A DNA stretch of 64,000 bases from assembly GCA_038496445.1 (NCBI GenBank), contig JALMLS010000516.1, forward strand, positions 186,001 through 250,000, given 5' to 3'. Of this stretch, positions 28,629 through 40,642 are shown piece after piece (the first letter of the stretch is position 1; every line of letters starts with the position of its first letter). A program made the position numbers and the translations under genes. This DNA is from Trichosphaerium sp. ATCC 40318. Lineage: Eukaryota > Protista > Tubulinea. Below the pieces are notes generated by a model. That model searched no databases, had not been told where the DNA came from, and worked only from the letters and a program-made list of their open reading frames with translations.

Positions 28629-30926
28629 ATGGAACAGTTACCAGAAGAAATAATCGAGTTGATATTATGGCCGCTACCTCCAAGCAGTTTAACGAAGTGT
28701 GCAGTCGTATGTAGTTTGTTCAAAGAAATATCCGACAGCGACAGGCTTTGGAAGCAACACTTCCTACAGTACGTTTACTTTACGTAAAACCTGTCGTTAT
28801 TTATTCGTTTTTAGCGTAAGTAAAAACACAAAATCTATAAACGGCATCTGGGACTCTTTTAAACAAGCTTACGCAATGGAGAGTACAGGTACATTGTTTA
28901 AACACCACTCGGCGTAATTTAACTCAATCGTAGAGAAGGATTGTACTAAACGCCTGTGCGCAATTAAACCTATGAATTTGACAGTTGTACAGTAAGAACG
29001 AAATGCATTCGCGTGTTTAACACGATTAACTTATTTTTAAAAATAGAGCTTCAAGCGAAGACTACCAATCCCAAGGTCCCGAAAATAGCCTTGTTGGGCG
29101 CTTGTACAGGTACAACAAATCATCAACGAACTTATGACATTGCTGTTCGTGAAAAATCTAAGCAGCAAACAGGCTGTTGCATTTTTTGAAAAACAAAGAA
29201 AGAAACGTGCTACACTTCTATTTGTTCAAAAATTCTTCTCTTTTTGCAACTTCTCACCCTTTTCGCATAGCACTACTGGTAGTTATGATCCAAATTCTAC
29301 TGATTACGTTATTTACAAAATACGGGATTCGAAGGTATCTCTTGTTCTTATGGTGTCTCTATGGGTGAAACAATTTTATCGTGGAAACCCGTATACACCT
29401 CGCGAAGTAACATTCTCAGTTGGATCTTCTCCTACTGATTTTCCGACAACGTCAATTGCTTACAAATATGACAGGACCTCCGGTAAGCTTCAAAAACTTT
29501 CATATTTTTCTACTTTTATTTCAAACCATCACGTGATACTTTTTTGTAACTTGAAAAAAATTTGTCAGAATTTTTGTTTGTGTTTTGAATTATGTGCTTA
29601 CATGTTATGTAGAAGAACAACATTTTATCTTGAAGCCTTTCAATGCTGTTGGAAGATACTTGAAGGTAGGATTGCTCGGTAGAACAAAAATAGACACTGG
29701 GAATTCGTACATGACGAACTTGTACATGATAAAAGTGAGAGGGATACCTTTACCTGATACCAAAATATACAAGCCATGCAGAAAGGCTATTTTTAGTCAT
29801 AAAATACGTCAATGGATAACCATGTTACCCACAGATGATTCTACAGAAAATCTTCTGAGACAACTAAAAGAAATAATGAAAGGTAAAGTTTTCTGGTAAC
29901 ATACGCTTTTTTACAATATTTTAATGACTCTGTTTTAGAAAAAGACAAGAAAGAAGAAGTTCAACAGCAACGTATTTCTCCTTTACGGTTTACCTCTTTT
30001 GTTACTCCATCACCCAATAGTGATGAAAGTACCTATTACTCGGGTAAGTAAACTCAACAAGCACAAAACCACTTTTTTCACAAAGTCACGTTTTCAATCT
30101 TACAGCGTGACTTATCTAATCAGCTTTTTAATGAGAATGTTTTTAGGAGATCGTTCATCGTTGTACAAACGTTTTAAGGGAAAATTGTATGTACAACCTT
30201 GCGTGCTAGTACTTCCAGATGAAATTGACCAAGTTGATATTAAAACTGAGTCTCTACAAGTTTTAAGCTTATACAGCACTACACCACTCCTGGCGTCTCT
30301 ACCAGAAACCTTTTTCTCCTTTACCAACCTGAAGCTACTAAATTTAGTTGATAACGGTCTTGTGACACTCAGTAAAGATATCGGTAAACTAGTAAACTTG
30401 GAGAAACTGAACTTACTGGGAAATCAACTAAGCAAACTTCCTGATGAAATATGCAACCTTACAAAGCTCACAGAGCTTTATTTGGGTGAAGGAACTGGAC
30501 ACCATGTTAGGTACTATATTTTTATAAACGAAATAGTGATATATTGTAAGTTAACACTCTTTTTAGACGATGTGAAAACAAGTTTAAATCTCTTCCAGAA
30601 AATTTTGGGAATTTAATTAACTTGACACTTTTGTGGTTGAGTAGATTACCACTAGAACCGTAAGTTTATGATTGAGCAATTTTTGCACCTACATTAGTAT
30701 CACATCTAATGCTATATTAGGCAAGGGTTACCGGATTCTTTAAGGAGAGTGAAAAACTTAAAAAGTCTTGTAATGAACGACATACCAAAAGGTTTGGTTT
30801 TTTTTTTGTTAAACAATGTCTTCTAATTTTCCATGTTTGTTAGCTGCAAAACAACGACTAAAGGAGCTAATAAACACTGCTTGTCTGGCGCAAGCTCAAT
30901 GGCAACACCATGTATTTCAAAATTAA
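28629..30926 (+). CDS. F-box + beta-sandwich-like region + LRR protein
   Basis: MEQLPEEIIELIL...CAVVCSLFKEISDSDRLWK, then LRRs LTNLKLLNLVDNGLVTLSKDIGKLVNLEKLNLLGNQLSKLPDEI. Confidence 0.85.
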
Positions 30927-31290
30927 AGCATCAATACAGAAGGGGAAAAAAATTGCATCTTGAATAAACTTCACACAACCTAATTATGCTGTTTTGCATT
31001 GTTCCTTTGTATGAAAGTGCCTCAGGTTTTTAGGCAATTTCAAGAAAAATGTGCAAAATAAGTGAGTTGGTTTGTTCGTATTTACAGTTTGAGAATAAAA
31101 ACTGAATTTTTGACCGAAACAGCCACTACTAGTAGTGTTATTAATGAGACTGTTACAAAAACTGTTTCGTTAACACCTCTAAATGTTTACACGTCCGTCC
31201 TGTTTATCATACGTCCTTTCAGATAATTTCCAGCTCAATATCCTAACTTCCTAAGTCACCTTACATCCATTTATCAAGTGTCTCAACGAA

Positions 31291-32894
31291 ATGGAAAGCG
31301 CTTTAGTTTCGTATAAGCCCGTAAAGACGACCAACAGACGAATTAAAAAGAAAAAGAAGAAAAGAAACATTAAACCAACACCATTTGATTATATAAGATC
31401 TGGGGATGTTAAAAGCATTATGGGTTGTTCGTTGGAGCAATTAGATATTTGGGAAAGTAATATACAAGAGATAATCAATGGCGAACAAGTTGGTACGATT
31501 AATGTCGTAATCACGTGCTAACGAAACGTTTTTTTCGTTTGTTGTTTTTTATTCTAAATGGGATCTTTTAGCTTCGTCATGGCATACCACACATTGTGCT
31601 GTGGCTCACGGACAGATAGGTATCTTACAAGGAATGCTAATCAAGGGTATAAGTACTCGTTACGTTACACCAGTAGGTGGTAACAGTTGCTTACACCTTG
31701 CTCTTGAAAGAAGACATAATGAAGAGGTACGAATACAACGTTACAAGTTCAGTTTGTAACATGCTATGCTAGTTAATTAAAACGTTGCTTAAAACTGGAA
31801 TCGACATAAACTTGACTAACTCAAATGGAACAACATTCAAGGTATGCAACTTCTACAATAAACACAGTCATTAGCTTAAACTAGATTCTAGGAAGTTATA
31901 TCTTCTGAAGTTAAGTATGTAACACACAAAGAGTGGATAGAAGAAAAAGAGAAACTTGAAAGGATAAAAAGTAATCTTGTTGATCCATCTATACCTTCAC
32001 TCCAAGGGCCCTATATATACCAATTACCCCCGGAACTTCTTTTTGAAATAATTGCAAAGAATATAAATTGTTATAAATCCCTTCTCGTAATGGCTTGTGT
32101 TAACAGAATGTTCAAGGTGATTAGTGATGGTAGGAAATAATAGCTGCTATTTGCTTTCGCTGACTAGGGTTTTCACAGATGAGATACTTTGGAAACGCTT
32201 GTACAATGAACTTGAGAATGAACCTAACACAACGAGTATGACGTACAAAGCACGTGTCAAGAGAGCAGGTAAATTTTTATTTACACATGACAATACCACG
32301 TAGATGTAAACCTAATGATTTCTAGTTCTTTTAAACATTACTGCTCCATACTTAACAGACGAAAGATGGTTGGAAATACGAAATTCCTTAGTTGTAATTG
32401 AGCAATGGCGTCAATACAAGCTAGAAAAATCACGTAAAGGCTACGATCATTCAATTCGCAACATTGATTCACAACAATGTATATGGGAAGTAAAGGACAT
32501 AACAATGACAGAGCAAGAGAAAATAAGCAGGCATATGTGTAGATTAGTGATTGATAGAAATACACAGAAGAGTTGCACAGCTAAGCGTAATTATTATATT
32601 GATGCATATGGAAGACACAACTGTAGACCAAGTATATGGGGCAATACAAAGAAATCAACACGTGCTACAGTACAAATAGAATGTCAAGGTTTTAACTACA
32701 AAGTACATGTTTACCCTTGCACGTGGAAACAAGTAAGATTAATTGATTTAGAACAAGGTATTTACAAGGTTGGTAATATTGGGTTGTTCAGCTCAAAAGA
32801 ACTTACAAAAACTTTGTTCTTTGATCAACGACCTGCTCGAGTTTTTTATTGGAACAAGGGCAAATCAAGAAAAACTGAAAGTCACATGCTATAA
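31291..32894 (+). CDS. Ankyrin repeats + internal F-box + C-terminal domain
   Basis: HTTHCAVAHG, GNSCLHLALE and LLKTGIDINLTNSNG (ANK), then QLPPELLFEII...MACVNRMFKVISD|DEILWK (F-box). Confidence 0.8.
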
Positions 32895-32918
32895 GCTTTA
32901 AATAAAACTTATGATTTA

Positions 32919-34600
32919 TTACTCCTTGCCTTGGTTTTCTTTCCATCTTTGAACGTTGGTGTTCCTTGGTTCACTGTAGAACACAGGAAGCGTCACTTTG
33001 CAAAGAATATAATTCAGCTTTATGAGTTTTTGTAGTAGTGTTTTTTTTTAGTAGTTTTCCAACGTTTGTACCTTCTTTCCAGGCTCAGTTTCCTCAATTA
33101 ACACACAAGAATCATGTACGTTGTACATCTGTACGAGTATTAAAATCTATCGTTATACCGTCATCTGTTGGCACCATTGATAACATTGCATCTTTTCTGT
33201 ATTTGGAATAATAGACAAGAAATAAGTCTTTTCTTGATGCGGTAACAGTTTGTTAAGCAATACATCATCCCTACATAGGAGTCCCTTGTTGTGGTCATAA
33301 CCACAAACAAACCTCTGAAGCAACTATTACAGCAAGTAAGTTTGATCTATCATACAAAAAAGCAACAGATGAGTGGCTAGTACTACCACTTTCTGGAGTA
33401 CATAATGCCAATTTGAGCGAGTGTAGGTAACATACAACTGAGTATAAATGGGTAGTTTAAAAATAGGTAGCGTATTATTAAAATTAACTGTACAATTATA
33501 ACCAAACGGTGTAAAACCTCCCATAACCCTGATTGTTAGGCAGGATTATTGTTCTCTTTTGGTTTTTTTTCTTCTTGAACTTTTTTCAAGTTTGCCAAGT
33601 AACTCCTCATTTTGTGATCGTTTAAAGGTTGTAATGATCTCAAAGAATGCTCAGCAATTGTTTTAAGTATCCCAACAGCGGATAGAATTAAAGATATCTC
33701 ATCATCAGTGTGAGCACGGAACAAAGAAATATCATTATCAGATGTACGAATTAATCCATAAAAATTACCAAGTGGAACATAAGCATGTGATGCCTCCACT
33801 ATTTGATCAAAGTTACTTATACGACCTGTTATAGGAGCCAAGTAAGGTTCAAAGTCATCATGCTACGAAAAAAAGCCAAGTAAGTACAAGTGAGCAGAAT
33901 AATGTTTTAAGACTTAAATTTTGTGTACCTTTAGTAGCGTAGAAACTCGTGGTCCAAAAATACGTGGTACAAAATCGCCTTCATTAACAAAGCAATGCAT
34001 ATCCTTAGCGCCAATAGTATCCAAGACGTCATCATTAAGCTCTACAGTAATAATAAGCAACGTATAGTTGTAGGGTGTCAATTCCAATACAAGAAAAAAA
34101 AAACAACTTGCCTTGGGCAACCACGAGAGGTGCTGCAACAGCATAACACCCTCGTAATCTATCAGAAAATTCCGATTGCTTTAACAACGCATATGTTAAC
34201 ATGCCAATACCACCACCCAAGCTGTGACCTAAAACAGGAATAAAAATAGAAAAATGTCAGAAAAAACAGCCTTTCGGGTGTCTTACCAGTTACCACAATA
34301 TTAGTCACATTAAGATCTCTGATGTAATTTGTTATAGGTTCATAGTTCCTTCTTGTGGCATCGTGCATGCCTTTGTGAACTTCAATTGAGACACCATCAC
34401 AAACCTGGCGTTTATCACGTGATTGTTATGATGACAGCAAATGTCTCTTACCTCCATTTGATCATGAGTTAGATCTATGTCTATCTTGGCGTCCTCTAAA
34501 GTTGCAGTGCCACGAAAAACAATATACGCTGTTCGCTCTTCGCCTTCTTCTTTTAAAATTATATACCAAAAAGTATCCGGTGCCTTCCTGCACGTGAACC
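32919..34600 (-). CDS. Class 3 lipase-like protein (both ends uncertain)
   Basis: AYIVFRGT, VHKGM, VVTG|HSLGGG, FVNEGDFVPR, DHKMRSY. Confidence 0.75.
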
Positions 34601-34785
34601 TAGTAAAGTATTAACACAAAAGAGCCATTCACTGTAAAACTAGTATATATGGCAAGTTGACAAACCATAATTATGGTTCTAACAGATGACACTGATATAA
34701 AGCGGCGATAGTTTGTTTTTCAACGTAAGAAAAAAAAGCGCAAAAAAAATTTGGTTTCTTCGACTTTTTAAAAGAATACGTGCTA

Positions 34786-36082
34786 TTAACGTTGTTTCAA
34801 AGCTTTAACGTACTTTGTAATATTTTCTGTACCCAGCCATTTTCGTATTTGACCAATTTTATCTTCTTTTTGAAGTCTATAAGCCAAAAAATTAAGGATA
34901 AAACAATCCATGCTTATTTTATCATTCGGTAAACCAATCTTTGCTCTTGGAGAGTTTATGAATTTCACAAAATCAACATAACCTCTACCAATCAAATCTT
35001 TGTACATATGATCTATCAAATCATGTTGTTCAAGAGTCCAGCAATACTTAATAACTTCAGGTGGGAAAAAAAACGGAAACATTGGGCTTTGTCTTGTTGT
35101 TTCTGGTGTTAAGTCATAACACTCTTTTATACTTTCTACAAATCGTATATCTTTTGTCATACAGAAAGCCCTCATTACTTGAAGAACATGCCAAGAGGAG
35201 ATGCTTGGAAAAGACGTTAAAAAAAGCAGAAGGAGTTAAGTTATAAATAGTTCAGTTAAGTTGTTTGGCAGTTTACCTCGCTTGTTTTTGTTGAATTGCA
35301 GTTTTAAATTCTTTCCATACGTTCTCAGCTGCGTCCAGGTATCCAGCAGTACAAAATAGAGTTATTTGCGCGGTAAAAAACACAGGTGACGTCCATTGAG
35401 AGGTTGGAAGCAACGCGTTTTTTAAGTTCTTATACTGCATCAGTACAAACGTTAAAAATAGTCATACCTCAGTACAGAAGTCTACGGCCATCTTTTTATG
35501 CACTAAAAAGGGTTAGCTATTTTACAATATTGCTTCGAGTTGTTAACGGCCTCAGACGCGTTTAATTTGGATTTATAGCCATATAGAGCGTTTTATAGCG
35601 TTGTGTAAAGTAAAAGCCGTAAAGCTAAAATAAGAATGTAGTCGCCCGTTTAACGCGTTTAGTACTAATGTTACCGTACCTCCTGCAAGTGATGAGACGT
35701 CTTTAGAGACTTTTTGAGCCCAATCGATAACTGCTGTGTCGCCAATGGATTTTGGTAATGCGAAAAGCATGTTAATAGCTTCTTTGGAGCCTATCCAGTT
35801 GTTTGCAGCTTCTTGGAGAGTTTGTGTAATTATTCTTACTCTTTCCAACCCCATCTCTCCAACTTCCACAGAGAGCTTTTCAATACCACTTGTAATACTT
35901 GCAGTGCTGATTGAAGCCTTTTCCGCAACTTTTGTTACAATACTTGTAGGTTTCTTCTCAGGCGCTTCCATTCGCTTGTTATTAGTATTTATATCCAAAT
36001 CAGTACGTTTACGACTCGTTCGATTTGTTACTCTTACACGCGGTTTACAAGCGTAACCAAACGCGTTAAATAACGAAGACAT
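34786..36082 (-). CDS. Hypothetical helical protein (exon structure partly unresolved)
   Basis: Several open exons joined by GT-AG introns, ending KALKQR*. Confidence 0.4.
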
Positions 36083-36713
36083 CGTATAAAGACAAGCTGA
36101 AGTACCCGTTGCTTTTCTTACACTCGTGTACTTAACTTTTTGACGAAACTTGCAAAAATAAGCGAATTCTCCTTTTAACGCGAAAAAAACGTACGCGTAT
36201 GAAATATCATTTAAAACGTAGATAAATAGGAACATAGCAAAAAGCGTCTTTCACTACATGTCGGTTTAACGTCTTTCTTCACCGAAACTAGCTAGTATAA
36301 GTGTAACTGTGTCAGGGCATGCCTTGAAAGTTTGTACCGAGTTCAGTCGGAAAGCTGAGCTCACGTCACGTGGGTGTTTATTGAAAAAACCCCAATTCAC
36401 AGCCTTCTTACTCAGAATTTCCAGTTCATGATTCACTATATGTACGATCTCAGTTGCTTAGTTCTAATGTGTCAGGTTATATGACCGATGACATTGCTAG
36501 CAGCCAGACCAAAAAACACTGGTTATTGTGTACCCTTCAAACCTTAAAATAATATTGCCAATGTGTTCACTTTAAAATATGTTTGGCCTACAAAACAAGC
36601 AACTACAATAGTATATTTATTTTGAAGGTTTGTCTTGAAGGATTTACAATATTAGTATATTTTCAGTACATTGATTTGAACTTCTAATTGGCACACTGCA
36701 GTGCATGTATTAT

Positions 36714-37670
36714 TCAGTTTATGAGCTTGCCATTTTCGTACTTTTTATGTATTTGTAAAACGCCAGATGTACTATAACTCTTATAGTCTCCATTGTGTTT
36801 ACCTTTGATATAACAGCAATGAATGGCTAATTGTCCATTCATATGCCATATCTTGCACTCACCTTCCATACAATCATTTATAAAATGACATACTGATTTC
36901 AACCTGCCGTTAGTATACCACCGTTTTTCTTCTCCGTTCTTCTTGCCCTTGATGTAATGACATTGTGATCGTAAAACTCCTCTAGAATACCACAATTTTT
37001 CTTCACCCTCTTTTTCACCGTTAACAAACTCACATTGTGCTTTCAGTTGTCCATTGTTAAACCACTGTTTGCCAAAACCTTCTTTTTTACCATTAATGAA
37101 ATTACATTGCACGGCTACCTGCCCATTTTCATACCATCTTTGGCTTGTTCCTTCAAGTTTGTTGTTGACGAAACAACAATGTGACCGTTTATGGCCATTT
37201 TGATGCCACAGTGTTAGATAGCCTTCATGTTTACCATTGACAAAATTGTATAGTGCCTTTAGCTGGCCATTAGGATACCACCTCTTCTCTACTCCTTCTT
37301 TTTCACCATTGATGTAAGAACATTGTTTGACAAGCTGTCCACTCTTGTTCCAAAACTTTTCCTCTCCTTCCAGTGTACCTTTAATATAATGGCGCACTGC
37401 CCCGATTTGACCATTTATATGCCATTTCTTGTATTCTCCATGATATAAACCGTGAACGAAATACGCTTGCTTGGCAATTTGCTTATGTTTTGGGTTTTCA
37501 AGTTTATTCCTTTGTCTTATCCATTTTCCATGCTTGTTTAGTTTATTATCAAACCTTGTTGTTGTCGCTGCGTATTTTGATAAGATAGACCACTTTTTAT
37601 TGATTTCAAGGTCCATGTCGATGATATAAAGGTGTAATTCCAGCGGAAGGCATTGTAGAATGTTGGACAT
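36714..37670 (-). CDS. Intronless F-box-like + MORN-variant repeat protein, 10 repeats (copy A, 318 aa)
   Basis: MSNILQCLPLELHLYIIDMD..WSILSK..TRFD..KHGKW plus ten 24-aa units. Confidence 0.9.
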   Translation of the reverse strand: MSNILQCLPLELHLYIIDMDLEINKKWSILSKYAATTTRFDNKLNKHGKWIRQRNKLENPKHKQIAKQAYFVHGLYHGEYKKWHINGQIGAVRHYIKGTLEGEEKFWNKSGQLVKQCSYINGEKEGVEKRWYPNGQLKALYNFVNGKHEGYLTLWHQNGHKRSHCCFVNNKLEGTSQRWYENGQVAVQCNFINGKKEGFGKQWFNNGQLKAQCEFVNGEKEGEEKLWYSRGVLRSQCHYIKGKKNGEEKRWYTNGRLKSVCHFINDCMEGECKIWHMNGQLAIHCCYIKGKHNGDYKSYSTSGVLQIHKKYENGKLIN

Positions 37671-38395
37671 CCTATTTCTGCAGGTACTTGGCTGTTTGGC
37701 ACTCGTAAAGACACTGCAGAATCGAAAAGAACAACCAATCAACAGTCTGATGAAGTACTCTCACGTTGTAAAAGAGAGCGTTTTATAGAATAAAGTAGAC
37801 GAGGTTCAGTCAAGCTTGCTCTTCAATGAAAGTATTCAAGACTCTCCTTACTGCCTTCAATGTGAGCTAGATTGGTAAGTCATTGAAGTTGTCTAACAAG
37901 CTTGTTTCACTAGCATTCAACAACAGCTTTTTTTTTGTTGACGGATCTTGACACCACGTGTTTTTAACCATCACTTTATTTGGTACATTAGTGTAGTTCT
38001 GTTAATGTCTCTGAGGTCCAAAAGTTGTCTCCTATACTCTAAAACAGATAATTACGCTATGTTAATACCGTACACTCAGCGCAAGATACTTTGGAAGCGT
38101 TTGTAATTTTCTTTGAGGTTTTAACGTTTTCTCGCTGTTAACACAACTCTTTACGCCTGAATGTGCCAGCATTCGCGCCTGGTGCTAGTAAGTTAACATG
38201 TAAAAAAGCATTATTAATTTGTACCCGTTTTTATAGCTCCTTGGGGTGAGCAGTTATGAGCGCACCTAAGAAAAATACTGCGATCATCTTGTTAGATGAT
38301 GTGAACAGTGCTTTTTCATCTTGCCTTAATGTGCATAAGGACGACAAGCATGGTACATTGTCATGAGTTATAGAATGAGATGTATTCACATTGCA

Positions 38396-38533
38396 CTGGT
38401 TCCGCCAAGTTGTTATCAAAGCTGTCAGTTCTTGCAAGAACTATCTCAACTGGCAAAAACTGACAGAACTTGCAAGCTGTCAGTTTTGTTAGTTCTTGCA
38501 AGATCTGACACTTTGATACTTCTGCCAAACCTG
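38396..38533. mobile_element. Palindromic MITE-like relic
   Basis: Nested inverted repeats built from CTGTCAGTT/CTTGCAAG motifs (38414-38518); the right end is ...ACCTG|TA. Confidence 0.45.
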
Positions 38534-38645
38534 TAGCAAACTTGAATGATACAGGCAATATTTATTTTAAGGTTTGACTTGAAGGATACAATATTTTTAG
38601 TACGTTGATTTGAACTCACAATTGGCACACTTGTGCATGTATTAT

Positions 38646-39602
38646 TCAGTTTATGAGCTTGCCATTTTCGTACTTTTTATGTATTTGTAAAACGCCAGAT
38701 GTACTATAACTCTTATAGTCTCCATTGTGTTTACCTTTGATATAACAGCAATGAATGGCTAATTGTCCATTCATATGCCATATCTTGCACTCACCTTCCA
38801 TACAATCATCTATAAAATGACGTTCTGATTTCAATCTGCCGTTCATATACCACCGTTTTTCTTCTCCGTTCTTCTTGCCCTTGATGTAATGACACTGTGA
38901 TTGTAAACCTCCTCTAGAATACCACAATTTTTCTTCACCCTCTTTTTCACCGTTAACAAACTCACATTGTGCTTTCAGTTGTCCATTCTTAAACCACTGT
39001 TTGCCAACACCTTCTTTTTTACCATTAATAGAAGTACATTGCACGGCTAACTGCCCATTTTCATACCATCTTTGGCTTGTTCCTTCAAGTTTGTTGTTGA
39101 CGAAACAACAATGTGACCGTTTATGGCCATTTTGATGCCACAGTGTTAGATAGCCTTCATGTTTACCATTGACAAAATTATATAGTCCTCTTAACTGGCC
39201 ATTAGCATGCCACCTCTTACCAACTCCTTCTTTTTCACCATTGATGTAAGAACATTGTTTGACAAGCTGTCCACTCTTGTTCCAAAACTTTTCCTCTCCT
39301 TCCAGTGTACCTTTAATATAATGGCGTACTGCCTCGACTTGTCCATTTTTATGCCATTTCTTGTATTCTCCATGATATAAACCGTGAACGAAATACGCTT
39401 GATTGGCAATTTGCTTCTGTTTTGGGTTTTCAAGTTTATTCCTTTGTTTTATCCATTTTCCATGCTTATTTAGTTTATTATCAAACCTTGTTGTTGTCGC
39501 TGCGTATTTTGATAATATAGACCACTTTTTATTTATGTCAAGGTCCATGTCGATGATATAAAGGTGTAATTCCAGTGGAAGGCATTGTAGAATGTTGGAC
39601 AT
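38646..39602 (-). CDS. Intronless F-box-like + MORN-variant repeat protein, 10 repeats (copy B, 318 aa)
   Basis: Paralogue of 36714-37670 with about 23 aa differences. Confidence 0.9.
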   Translation of the reverse strand: MSNILQCLPLELHLYIIDMDLDINKKWSILSKYAATTTRFDNKLNKHGKWIKQRNKLENPKQKQIANQAYFVHGLYHGEYKKWHKNGQVEAVRHYIKGTLEGEEKFWNKSGQLVKQCSYINGEKEGVGKRWHANGQLRGLYNFVNGKHEGYLTLWHQNGHKRSHCCFVNNKLEGTSQRWYENGQLAVQCTSINGKKEGVGKQWFKNGQLKAQCEFVNGEKEGEEKLWYSRGGLQSQCHYIKGKKNGEEKRWYMNGRLKSERHFIDDCMEGECKIWHMNGQLAIHCCYIKGKHNGDYKSYSTSGVLQIHKKYENGKLIN

Positions 39603-40642
39603 CCTATTTCTGCAGGTACTTGGCTGTTCTCGTAAAGACACTGCAGAACAAAAGAACAAGCAGTCAACTAATGGCAATTGTCTGAAGAAGTACTTTCCGC
39701 GTTGTAAAAGAAAGAGTGTTTATAGAATAAAATCGGCGTGGTTCAGTCAAGCTTGCTGTTCAATGAAAGCATTCAAGACTCTCCTTAATGCCTTCAATGT
39801 GTAGCTAGATTGGTAAGTCATTGAAATTGTCTAACAACTAGGCTGTTTCACTAGCATTCACCTAACAACAGCTTTTTTTTTGTCATGCCTCGGTCTGTAA
39901 AAAGCACATCGCAATCAAAACTTACTATGCAATTATGCGTGAAGGACACGTATAGCCAGTTGAACGCTTTAAAGACCTAACACCGTTCCTTCACGTATTC
40001 CCGTATTGAAAGACAGGAAACAGTTGGCGGTTTGTTGTGTACGATCAAAGATTCTGTAAGTTGTTCGTTTGATAAGTGAATTAAAGAAGTATTCACTCAT
40101 TAAATATAATATAGCAACCAAGGTGCATATAAATGTCATGTAATACACCGGGATAAATAGGAGCTGGTCCGAGCCAAAAGGTCTTTAAAGTTCAAGCAAA
40201 CGTTGTCAGAAAATACCACCCTAAAGAAAGACATAAACTTTGCTCCCCGCGGACTGTGAAAGAAGGTGGACAGCTCCCCGACGATATACTACATTATTGC
40301 GTGTATCACAAAGTAGACACGCGCTATCACCATAATTAAGGCTAAAATATAGGCGGCCACACGTTCCCTAGACTACTGAAAGACGTCATCTTTTTAAGTT
40401 TAGTATTTCAAATAAATGCCTTTTCTAGCACGTGATTTGCCTCCAGCTCTTAGAAGGCATCTAAATTTTACCTAATGTGCGTTATTACTTTTGATTAAAA
40501 CGCAGTAAATTAGTAAAAACAAGCTCACAAATGTGGGAATACCACAATCTTTTTTTTGAGACACATTTTTACAGAGAACCAAAACAAACGGCCACAGTTT
40601 ACCATTAATAAACCATCATAATAACCCACTCTGTAACACAAC

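Larger units (their letters stand above)
36612..39885. repeat. Tandem direct duplication of about 1.3 kb (about 36612-37940 and 38555-39885)
   Basis: Near-identical 957-nt CDSs plus shared 5' and 3' flanks. Confidence 0.9.
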
